NCBI GenBank assembly: GCA_002245135.1
Contig: NGBS01000591.1
Span: forward strand, 62,001-126,000
Reading direction: 5' to 3'
Source: Proteromonas lacertae
Taxonomy: Eukaryota
DNA length: 64,000 nucleotides
The translations under genes were made by a program, and so were the position numbers. The notes under the pieces are model-generated. The model was not told the DNA's origin. It did no database searches and worked only from the letters and a program-made list of their open reading frames with translations. Positions 26,001-37,300 of the stretch are shown here, piece after piece (position 1 is the stretch's first letter; every line of letters starts with the position of its first letter).

Positions 26001-27042
26001 ATTTATATACAATTAATAGTATCTAACATATACAGAGAGTATCAAGTTAATACTGTGTGTCTGTACTCAACAGGGAGAAAAGAGTAAATTTCATCCCATT
26101 GAGTACAGACAAACAGTATTAAGCTTATAATATGTGTATGTAATACACATACTATAATACATCTATCTATATATTAATATCAAAAATTACTCAAAATTTG
26201 ACTGAATCTAGTTTCAGATTCAGTCAAATTTTAAGTAATTTTTGATATTAATATATATTTATATACAATTAATAGTATCTAACATATACAGAGAGTATCA
26301 AGTTAATACTGTGTGTCTGTACTCAACAGGGAGAAAAGAGTAAATTTCATCCCATTGAGTACAGACAAACAGTATTAAGCTTATAGTATGTGTATGTAAT
26401 ACACATACTATAATACATCTATCTATATATTAATATCAAAAATTACTCAAAATTTGACTGAATCTAGTTTCAGATTCAGTCAAATTTTAAGTAATTTTTG
26501 ATATTAATATATATTTATATACAATTAATAGTATCTAACATATACAGAGAGTATCAAGTTAATACTGTGTGTCTGTACTCAACAGGGAGAAAAGAGTAAA
26601 TTTCATCCCATTGAGTACAGACAAACAGTATTAAGCTTATAATATGTGTATGTAATACACATACTATAATACATCTATCTATATATTAATATCAAAAATT
26701 ACTCAAAATTTGACTGAATCTAGTTTCAGATTCAGTCAAATTTTAAGTAATTTTTGATATTAATATATATTTATATACAATTAATAGTATCTAACATATA
26801 CAGAGAGTATCAAGTTAATACTGTGTGTCTGTACTCAACAGGGAGAAAAGAGTAAATTTCATCCCATTGAGTACAGACAAACAGTATTAAGCTTATAGTA
26901 TGTGTATGTAATACACATACTATAATACATCTATCTATATATTAATATCAAAAATTACTCAAAATTTGACTGAATCTAGTTTCAGATTCAGTCAAATTTT
27001 AAGTAATTTTTGATATTAATATATATTTATATACAATTAATA
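23045..27042. repeat. Tandem array of ~15.6 copies of a 256-bp multi-hairpin unit
   Basis: ATTAATATCAAAAATTACTC recurs at 23101, 23357, ..., 24381 and 26941 (period 256). Units appear identical except at one A/G site. Confidence 0.97.
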
Positions 27043-27322
27043 ATTAAGTTTAATATTTTTAATTACGAAAAAATTTAAAAAGATGTACAAAAATATAAAC
27101 AATTACATATGAAATTAACGATAAAAAAATAATTAAGGGGGTAAAAAAATTCAGGATTTACAACACATTTTTTTGTTTATCTCATCATCCAATTGAAAAT
27201 TTTTGAAAATAATTTATATTATTAATAAGCATAATATGTACATATATAATATGAAATAAAAGTGAACTAGTTGGTGTAATAGATGATATCGCGACATGTT
27301 GTATATGTTATATGACCACCTA

Positions 27323-27425
27323 TATATCCCTTCATAACTCATTATGTGTAATAACATTAAGTAGTTAGTTTGTTTCTAAAGTCTCTTATCGCTCAACGGG
27401 GAGTTGTACTCAACGGGGAACAACA
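27323..27425 (-). repeat. Right TIR of the Ginger element
   Basis: Ends ...GCTCAACGGGGAGTTGTACTCAACGGGGAACAACA and is followed by the TSD CTACC. Confidence 0.95.
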
Positions 27426-27430
27426 CTACC

Positions 27431-27568
27431 AACTGCGGTTTTTTTGCTATTAATTTTTTGAAAAATATTTTAAGAGATCAGTGTAATTTCAAAAAGGCTA
27501 CTGACTATAATACAATAGTGGGTGAAGCAAAAATTAGGTTAATGAAAAAACAATTTGGATTAATATAA
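27431..27568 (+). pseudogene. Adenain-type protease, 3' part carrying the catalytic Cys
   Basis: Removing the element and one TSD restores the frame ...QNSNTT-NCGFFAINFLKNILRDQCNFKKATDYNTIVGEAKIRLMKKQFGLI*. Confidence 0.88.
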
Positions 27569-28497
27569 AAAGAAATATTCGTTTTATTTTTTGGTGTTAT
27601 TCTATTGATTTATCATTTTTTCTAATTCTGGGTCTTTGTAATATTTTTCTGAACCAAGTATCTCGTGCTTCATCTTTTTTCGCTAGCTGCAGCTTATAGT
27701 GCTTAAAATGAATAAGTGAAAAATCTGGTATCTCTCTGCCATCTTGATCTCCAAAACAATACGAATATCATTTTACGTCTTCGCTCCTTAAATCTCACCA
27801 AGTCACCAACTTCGAAATTTTGGTCATTTTTTTCAAGTTTTTCAAAATTTTTCAAATTATAGTTTATTGACTTCATTATTTAAAAAAATAAACCTTCATC
27901 CAAACAAAAACATCTCATTATTAACCAGTTTAGTATTGCGTATTTTCTGTAACCTAACTGCATACTAAAATCAAATAATCTAAATCAAATATACCAGTTT
28001 GAATGATTGATTTAGATAATATACCTTGTAAAATGCGAGAAAATTCTATCATATCAAAGTAATAATGAAACATTGCTAGTATTGCTAATAACTTCTTCTT
28101 TTCTGCATTCTATAATATAATTGTTGATGTTGGTAATATATAGACTACTTCAAAGCATGATTCACTGAAATATTAATCATGGGATCTACCTTGTAACATT
28201 TGACCATAAAAATTATTAATAGAGGTAATTGTACAAAAATAACAACCATAAACAATAATTCATTTTTCACAGTATTATAATTTGTTACATAAACCACTAC
28301 TATACATTTCCAACACACATTCTACTCTTTATTACTTAGATTAATATTTATTTATCCAATGTTCATTTAAATGAACTATATGCTCAGATAAAAATATGTA
28401 TATATGAATTAAACTAAATTTAATTAATAAATAGTAAGAAATTTAAATAAAAATGCAAAAAAGAAAAAACAACTAAATGTTTGAATAACAAGCTCGT

Positions 28498-28787
28498 AAG
28501 GGGGTAAAAATATTCAGGAATAGAATTTTATTTTTGTTAATATCTTCATAATATAATAGAATTGGTATAAAATATTTTATATATGAAATGAGTATAATTC
28601 ATACATACATTTTATATAGTAAAATTTAATATGATAGTCTATTTGTTGATATTAACATGTCTAGTATACATTATAAAACTAAACATATATTTGAACATAA
28701 CTCATCTTCAACATCATAAATATGATATTAGTTTTGAAAAAGTCTTCTTAACGCCCAACGGCGCATTTAGCTCAACGGCGCACAACA
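28498..28787 (+). mobile_element. Orphan right end of a second, diverged Ginger-family element
   Basis: GCCCAACGGCGCATTTAGCTCAACGGCGCACAACA mirrors the first element's right terminus. AAGGGGGTAAAAA.ATTCAGGA lies 289 bp inside this end versus 290 bp in the first element. Confidence 0.7.
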
Positions 28788-29114
28788 AAATAGTTTTAAT
28801 ATTTGTGGCATTTGTATTCTAGAAATTTTTGAAGCAAACTAAATGCATATTTAGCTAATATAGACTAAAATACATTAGCTGAAATGATTAGAACAACTTA
28901 ATGTTGATCATAAGACATTTAAAATGAAAAAAGAAAATATAGAATCAAGCCTCACTCAAGCCTATATTCTACATTTTTTTTATATAGAAAGATTTAATAA
29001 TTATTATATTCTAATCATTTCAGCTAATGTATTTTAGTCTATATTAGCTAAATATGCATTTAGTTTGCCGCAAAAATTTCTAGAAAACAAACGGCGCAAA
29101 TATTTAAACTATTT
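28788..29114. mobile_element. MITE-like/foldback element with ~106-bp inverted arms
   Basis: 28788-28893 is the reverse complement of 29009-29114 with about 7 mismatches, around a ~115-bp non-coding spacer. Confidence 0.7.
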
Positions 29115-29367
29115 ATATTAACAAAAAAGTATACTGCAGAGGTAGGTCATATAACAAAGTAAGTATAAAAGTAACAATTTTTCATCAAGACAAGTAAGAA
29201 TATGTATTTTGTTTGTTTTAAAAGTGTCTGGTAGACAAACGACCAACTATGACAAACAGCGCGCAACATTACTGATTAACCAGAACAATATGATATTCAG
29301 CCAACGTAACTTTTTTGAAAAACTAAGTGTATATCCTTCATTCATAATCTGGACTTGAAATTGTGTT

Positions 29368-29458
29368 ATCTAATTTTTGATATTCTCTAGAGTATTACAT
29401 TATTATCATTATTATAGAATAAATACATTATATTTTAACCTCCTAATAGTATTACCTC
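29368..29458 (+). repeat. ~90-bp direct copy of an internal TBCE segment (7723-7813)
   Basis: ATCTAATTTTTGATATTCTCTAGAGTATTACATTATTATCATTATTATAGAATAAATA is shared exactly, followed by near-identity. Confidence 0.8.
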
Positions 29459-29653
29459 ATAAATAAATCCATTTTTAAAAAATAAAAAAAACATTCAAGT
29501 ATGATTAATTTAGCCAATCAAAGACTTAATACTTATATACTATATTTTCATCTATATTCTTATCTAAAAAATATAAAGAAATTGATATTCATAATATAAA
29601 TCAACAAATATCTCATTTATAAATTAAATAAATATATTAAATAAAAAATCTAT

Positions 29654-32600
29654 TTAAGAGGAACTACCAAATATTGAATTAAATCTTGAATTATTTAAAT
29701 TCACATTATTATTATTATTCTTGACTTCTTTCACACTTTCACTATAATCTTCAAAATTATTCTCATCGTCATTATCTTCACCATCAAAATTACTAAATAA
29801 TACTCGATTTATCCTTTCTTGCTATTTAAAAACAATAATAATAAATGAATAATATATATACCTGAAGAGAAACATTTGTATTGGATAATTGTTTCTTTGA
29901 AGAAAATAATGCATTTTGTAATGCATTACTTCTGATCTTCACTTTCTCATTCTCTTTTTTTATGCTATTCAACTCATTCTCTAATTCAGTTTTCTATTCA
30001 ATTATAATTCATATTATATACTTCTCTAAATAAGTTATCTACATCTATCTCATATTGTCTATTTGCATTCTCTATTTCATTTATATTTCTTTCTAATTCT
30101 TTTATTTTATTTTCCATTTCAAATGATTGGCTTTTATTATATTCATTTAATTCTCTTAATCTACTTTCCAATATTTCATTTTCATTTTGTTTTGATTCAA
30201 TTTCCATTTCATAACTATTTATTTTCATTTCTTTTTCTTTCAATTCTTCTTCCAAACTTCTTTCTCTTGATTCTAATTTATTAACCATCTCTTTATATTG
30301 CCTTTTTTCTTTTCGGTTCTTCTTTTCTGATTCATTCTGTATTTCTTTTATTATATCATTTATATGTTCAGAATATTCTTTCTCTAATAATGGAATTTTC
30401 TCTCTTATTGACTTTAGATCTTTTAATAGTATTTGATATTCATTTTCTTTTTTGGTTAACTTATCTTTTAATATATTTCTTTCATTTTCTAACTTTATAT
30501 AATCTTCTTTAACATTAGCTAAAGAATCATATGCACTTTTATATTTCATCAATTCTTCAGATAAATGTATAATGGATGAATCGTTATTAACAGTTTTTGA
30601 CATTTCTGTTTCATATTCTTTCAGTTTCAAGTAGATTTCTTCATTTTCTTTCTTAGAATTTTCCATTATTATCTTCATTTGTCTATTCTCATTAACTATT
30701 ATTTCGTAACTATTTGAATATTCTTTCATCTTATTCTCATTTGATTCTAATAACAGTTTATACTGTAATATTTGATTGTTCAATTGATCTGTCTGTAATT
30801 TAGAAGATGATAATTTCTCTTTATACTTTCGAATTTCATTCTGAAGATCATTTATTATTGATTCTTTTTCTATTATTTGTTTATTCTGTAATTTCAAACT
30901 ATCAATTTCAGTCTGATGTTGAATTTCGATAATTTTTTGGCTATTTTTCAATTGTTCAACCTCTCTTTGGCTTTCTTCATAGTTTTCTTTGTATTGTTTA
31001 TATTTTTCTTTCTTTTTCATATACTTCTTTATATCTTCATTGAGTGTATTATTATCAGATTCTAATTCACTTATTTTCTTCTCAAGTTTAGTTTGATTTA
31101 ACTTCATGGTTTGTAGTTCACTTATATTATCATTATATTCACTTTCTTTTTTCTTTATTTGGTTCTTTAGTGATGTTATTTCTATTTCACTATTTGTTAG
31201 TTTTGATTTTAATTCTATATTCTGATTTAATGTTAAAGACTGATCAGATATGGATTGATTTAAATTTCTTTTCTCTTTTTCTAATTCATTTATTGTATTT
31301 TTGTATTTTTCATTCTCTAATGTCATTTCATCCATCTTAGTTTTCATATTACTTATTTCAGTTATATATATACTTAGATCAGGCATTGAAGATGGAATAA
31401 AACTAGAAACATTATTGTTACTGCTGTTTATATTACTGTTGTTGTTATTTTTCATAAGTGTTAATTCATATTCTGATTGTTTTAACTTTAAACTAGTATT
31501 CTCTAGTTGATTCTGTAATTCATTTATTTTCTCTTTAGATAATTTCAACTCTTGACCTAATGAAGATTCATTCTGATTATAATGATGAATTTCATTTGAA
31601 GTGTTATTCAGTATAAGTTTTAATTGTTGATTCTCTATATTCAATTGGTTTATTTGTTGTATTTGGTTTTTAATTGTCTTTTCATATTCATTTACTCTTT
31701 TCTTCATTGGTTTACTACTAATACTACTATTTAACATTTCTTTATATTCTTTTATAGTTTTATTCTGGTCTTTCACTATTTCTTCATATTCATCTATTTG
31801 TTTCGTCAGTTTCTTTATTTCCTTGTTGTTACTACCATTCTTATTATCAAGTGATTTTATTTTCTTATATTCCAATATTGATTTACTCTTTGAATATTCA
31901 GTTGAAGAATTATTATCACTTATTTCATTATTATTATTATTATTATTATTTCTACTTAATTCTTGTATTTGTTTATGTGCTTCATCTAATGATTTACTTA
32001 ATTGTTCATTCTCCTCCATATATTTTTCTATTGTCTTTTTTTGATTAATTACTACTCCTTCATAACCATCAAGCTTCTTTTTAAGATTTTTCATTTCTTC
32101 ATTTACTTCATTCACTTTTTCGTTGAATTTTTCATTGTCGTTCTTATATTTTTGAATTGTCTTTCTTTGATTGGCTAATAAATCTTCAATTCCACTTAAA
32201 TGAATATTGCTATTATTACCAATTTTACTAGTATTATTATTATCATCATCAAAATCAAGACTGTATAAATAATCTTTACTCATAATATTACTACCATTTA
32301 ATGATCTTAATCTATTATTCTCTTGTTTATATTGATTTATCATTAACTTCATTTTCTCTATTTTTTCTTCATATTCTTTTATTTGTTGTGAAAGTCTTGA
32401 TATTGTATTTTTGTCTATTTCTGTTAAATCATAATTCTGATGTTGTAATCTTAGACTTTCTTCTAAATCCAATTTTAATTTCTTATTCTCAATGGTTAAT
32501 TTGTGGTTCTTTTCCTCTAATTCAGTATTTGCTTTTAATAGTTTTTGATTTTCATCACTAAGATGTTCATGATCTTTTTGAAGTGAATTATAGTGTTGTT

Positions 32601-33075
32601 CAAGTAATGTATATTCTACATAATAATAAAAACAATATAAATATATACGATAATGAAGATCTTCATATTTTGAGTTTAAATCTTGATTATTCTTTATTAT
32701 TTTCTGTTTTTCTTCTAATTCATTTGTAAGTTGTCTTGATAACTCAAACTGTGAAACAAGTCCTTTCTTTATCTCTTTTGGTTTTAATGGTCCTGGTGGC
32801 TTCCATGGTTTAGACTAAATAAAATGAAATAAAAACAAAATACCTTTAATAGACTTTTAGTCTTGGAAACTCTTGTTAAAGATGTGTTCTACATACAAAT
32901 ATATTTTCATATTATACTCTTGGTGGTGTATACAATGAAGAGGAAGAATTAAAAGCATTTGGTGGAACTTGACTATGACAAGTAGAATCTAAAAATGAAT
33001 TTGATTGATTATAACTATAATTGTTGTATTATATAAGCAAATATACACTGTATTAAAATGATCTGTCGCAGACAT
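29654..33075 (-). CDS. Large multi-exon coiled-coil protein
   Basis: 824-aa heptad-rich central ORF; short-intron exons upstream (ATG at 33075) and downstream (TAA at 29654-29656). Confidence 0.7.
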
Positions 33076-33238
33076 ATTTATTCTATTTTCTATTTACAAA
33101 ATTGGTTGTAATATTGCTGAAATATATTAACAGTATTATTAATATGACTATTATAAATCTATGACACGATAAAATTACAAAAATAGTATTAATAACAGCT
33201 AGTTTTTTCAAGCTTTTGCTTGATTATTTTAATTTTGA

Positions 33239-34205
33239 ATGTTTTGTCTTTTAAAAGGATTTAAGTCATCCCAGAACTTATTTTTGAAGTGTTCTATTTT
33301 AATACCCAATATTAGATCAATTACAGAAATAGCATTAAATACAATAGCGTATTACCAGTTTTCTATTGTTAGAGATAATAAAGGAGCTAGAGCCAATGGT
33401 ATAAGAGTTGGTAGAGGAACAAGTGGTCGAAGAGGTAAGACATGCGGAAGGGGACACAAGGGAACAAGAGCTAGAGGTGGAGGTAGTGTTAGACTAGGAT
33501 TTGAAGGTGGTCAGACTCCCATTTATCGTAAAATTCCAAAAATTGGCTTTAAAGCACCGTATTTGTTGTAATTATAAACTTATAGATTTGCTGATGATTT
33601 TAAACCGTTAAATCTAGGTAAATTGCAGGAATGGATAGATCAAGGCAGAATACCACTAAATAAAATAATAACTATGAGAGTACTACAAGATTGCAATATT
33701 GTTGGAAAAATAGACACTGGTGTTAAACTATTAGCAGGAGTATAATATGTTATTTACATATCATGTGAATATAGGATGCAGATAAATTTCATACACCAAT
33801 AACAATAGATGTTAGTAAAGCTTCAAAGGATGCTATAAAGAGAGTTGAAGAATTAGGTGGAACAGTATAGAATCATATTATTTATAATTTTTAATGATAT
33901 AGATATGCTGTAGTTATTATGATAGAATAGCATTGAGAGTATTACTAAAACCTCACAAATTCTTATTACCATTTCCACGCAGAGCACGTCCAAAGCCTAA
34001 AGATATGGAATATTATACATCTGATGATAATAGAGGATATCTGAGTGTATTAATGCAAGATAAATACAAAGAGATGTGGAAGAAGATACAAATGCAAGAA
34101 TTAGAAGATAGAAAATCATATTTTGAGAAATATCCATTAAAGCATGTTGTAACATTATATGAAAAACAATTACCTCAAGAATTACAATGTAGTGTAAAAA
34201 TGTAA
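33239..34205 (+). CDS. MRPL15: Mitochondrial ribosomal protein uL15
   Basis: [20 protein letters not shown]...[18 protein letters not shown], then [11 protein letters not shown] and [12 protein letters not shown] exons separated by short introns. Confidence 0.92.
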
Positions 34206-34315
34206 AATGTTGTTATTTTATTATTATTATGTTGTTTATCTTACAATAATATATACATAAATAAAACAAAAGGAAAGTAATAATAGAAAAAATGTGGAAA
34301 TTACTAAATTCTCAT

Positions 34316-37300
34316 TTACTTCCAACTAATTTTATCATTAGGTTGAATTGGTTTGTCATAAATATTTTTATATTCACTAAACCCTCCATCTAATATCATT
34401 TTCATTGTTGATGTGTTACGATTCAGAATCTCAATGAAAGATGGCATTTCCTTCTTAATATCATGTCTTAATAAATCATCTTTACTACAATACTTTACAT
34501 ATTCACTATAAGTACCTAAATATTTTATTTGTAAGTCTTTAATAATATTCAATTCCTTTAAATATAAATCACATCCACTTGGAACAATATATTCATCATT
34601 TAATCCTTGTATAAAATGGAATAATTCTTTTTGATCTAAACCCCATTTCTTATCATAAATAAGTGACTTTGGTATATTGAATTCTTCATAATTAATATGA
34701 ATATGATTAACCTTATCAATTGAAGAGAGATAGTCTTTAAATGTCTGTTTAATTTGATTTAGTGTTTCATCATCTATTCTATCATTTATTTTATCATTGT
34801 TATTGTGATAATTATTATTGCTATTATTGTGTAACTGAGCTGGTGGTATATTTGATAATTCATTTTTTTCTTTCATTTCTGAATCAGATAATATTTCATC
34901 ATCCTCTGAACTATTGTTATTCACATTCTTTGGTAAATATTTAGTATCTGATTGATGTTCATGCATATTCAATGATTTATTACTCATATTATTATCTGCT
35001 TCTACTTCTTTATTTTCTGTTTGTTTTTCTTCTTTATCTTTTATTTGGTTTTTATTCTCCATCACTTCAATCGATTTCTTATGAATATCAGATATAAAGT
35101 GAGGATGTTGTTTTACTACTTTACCATCATTATCTTTCACTAGTTTATATTCTAATGGAGGAATCATTTGTAAATTATTCACTTTATACAACTCTCTATT
35201 CTCTTTACTACCATATACACTGCCATAATGAGTAATATATCTCAAATGTCGATTATGCCAAAGTTGACATTTCTCATTCATATATATCTTCTCTAATTCA
35301 TCTAATATTGATATGTGTTTAGGTATTTGTAATGATTGTCTCTTTAACTCCAACTCTAAATCATATTTTGTAGCATTCTCTTGTAGTTTATTGTCATGTC
35401 CTGGTAAGAACCTATTGCCAATCATTTTCAATATCTTTTCATCTATTGGATAAGTTGAAATACTAACTGCACTAGTATGAGGATGATATTCACCACTTAA
35501 CATAAAACCAGGATGTGGACCAGGCCAATTGGTCATTTTTGTCCTTACAGAACCCATAAAACCAGGTATATCTTCATATTCTTCTTTATAATGAGGATTA
35601 ATGATCATTTGTTGAATTAATGCTTGTTTTCTTAATTTAGACATTCTTTTCATTATATATTCTAATTCTGACTGTGTGAATTTACTTAAATCAACTCCAT
35701 AACTATCATATAAATGGAATAATATCATATCACCCACACTTTCTTCATCTGTTTGTTGTAAATCTATTTCATCCATATCCTTTAATTCTTTCTTCTGTTT
35801 CTCTTTTTCTTCTTTTAATTCTTTCTTCATTAATCTTATATTGAAATTACTCCAGTTTTCATATGGCATTCCATCATTATCTGTTGGTTGGTAGAAGTCT
35901 TCTATTTCTGATTCACTGTACATGAATTGTTCAGGTAATGGATCTCCTTTCTTCCATGTCTTTCTTATTTCTCTTAATGATGGTATGTTTCCTTTTGAAG
36001 TATTATTATTATTATTGGATTTTCCGCTATCTTTCTTATTGACATTATTCTTTCCACCTTTTCCAGTAGATTGTTGTTGTTGTTGTTGTTGTTGTTGAGA
36101 TTCTTTTCCACCTTTATTCTTCTTATCTTTTTTACTTTTCTTATTCTCAGTTTGTAGAGCTACTTTATCATCTTTCTTTTTCTCTTCATTTGGTTTACCT
36201 GTTACTTCAGCTGCTGGTGTTTCATCTTCAGTTTTCTTTACTTTCTTTGTATTAACAATATTCTTATCATGTCTTTCATGTGTTTTATTATAATCTTTCT
36301 CTTGTTTTATTGATAATATAGTTGGTTCTAAATCAACAACAGGTTTTTGAGGTTTATCATAATCCATTTGTTTATTTATCTTCTTCATTTCTTTACCATA
36401 TTCTCTCAACATCTTTATATCACCATCTGCTTCTTGTATTTCATCAATTAATTGTTGGTTGAAATTATTGTTCAATATTAACTTACCTTTACTAAATAAC
36501 ATTTGATCTAATAATTGATCTGCATTTTTATTCTTAATATCATCTATTTTGAAGGTTTCTGGATGGTTTTGGTATTTTTCTATCTCTTTCCAAACTGGAT
36601 TATTCTCTAATTCATTCTCATTAACATCATTACCATATAACTGTTTAGATAAATCTTTATTGGATTTATCAATAGCACCTAATTTCACTTCATTGTTACC
36701 ATTCATACCATTACTTAAATTATATTGTTGTTTGTGTTTGTTGATTATATCAATAGCATTCTTTGGATTAAATACCAACTTAGATGATAATCTCAATACT
36801 TCATTTTCTGCTAATATTTTTGGTATTCCTTTATCTCTACTATTTCTCTGGATTAAATCTTCTTCTTTATCATCTAATAACTTGTTCTTCAATTGTACTC
36901 TTCCACTATTTCCTTTTGCTTCTCCTCCTTCCACTCCTCCTTCTTCACCAAATATTTCAGCCTTTAACATTGATGATTCTAATCCTAATTCACTATTAGA
37001 TATCATTTCTTTCTCTGAATAAGGTGATAAACTTTCTTTTATATCTAGATCAGATGTTTCTACTTCAATCATACTACTTTCTTCATCTTCTTTATTGTTG
37101 TTATATTCATCATCATAATCATCTTTATACTTATTATTGAACTTTTTCTTATTATCATATTCATCAGAATCATCATGGACCATTCTCAATCATCTCTTTT
37201 ATTTCTTTTTTCACTTCTTTTTCCACTCTTTTTTCTACATTATGTAATATTTTACTCTGTAATACTTCAATTCCTGGGTTACTCTCTTTATCAGCTTTAA

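Larger units (their letters stand above)
17249..27425 (+). mobile_element. Complete Ginger-type (Gypsy-integrase-related) DNA transposon, 10,177 bp
   Basis: TGT...ACA termini, 103-bp TIRs with 6 mismatches, 5-bp TSD CTACC (17244-17248 and 27426-27430), and an internal integrase with a Ulp1-like protease. Confidence 0.93.

Noticed and set aside
23045..27042. CRISPR array interpretation of the tandem repeat
   Set aside because: Units are identical end to end with no unique spacers, no cas genes are present, and the context is eukaryotic.
17249..27425. LTR retrotransposon or Polinton interpretation of the integrase element
   Set aside because: The ends are inverted rather than direct repeats, and there is no RT, RNase H, gag, pPolB or capsid inside. 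The TSD is 5 bp, whereas Polintons typically have 6 bp.
27600..28330. Minus-strand coding-like remnants (FEVGDLVR resembling an integrase C-terminus; a Cys-pair segment)
   Set aside because: Too short and too disrupted to assign.
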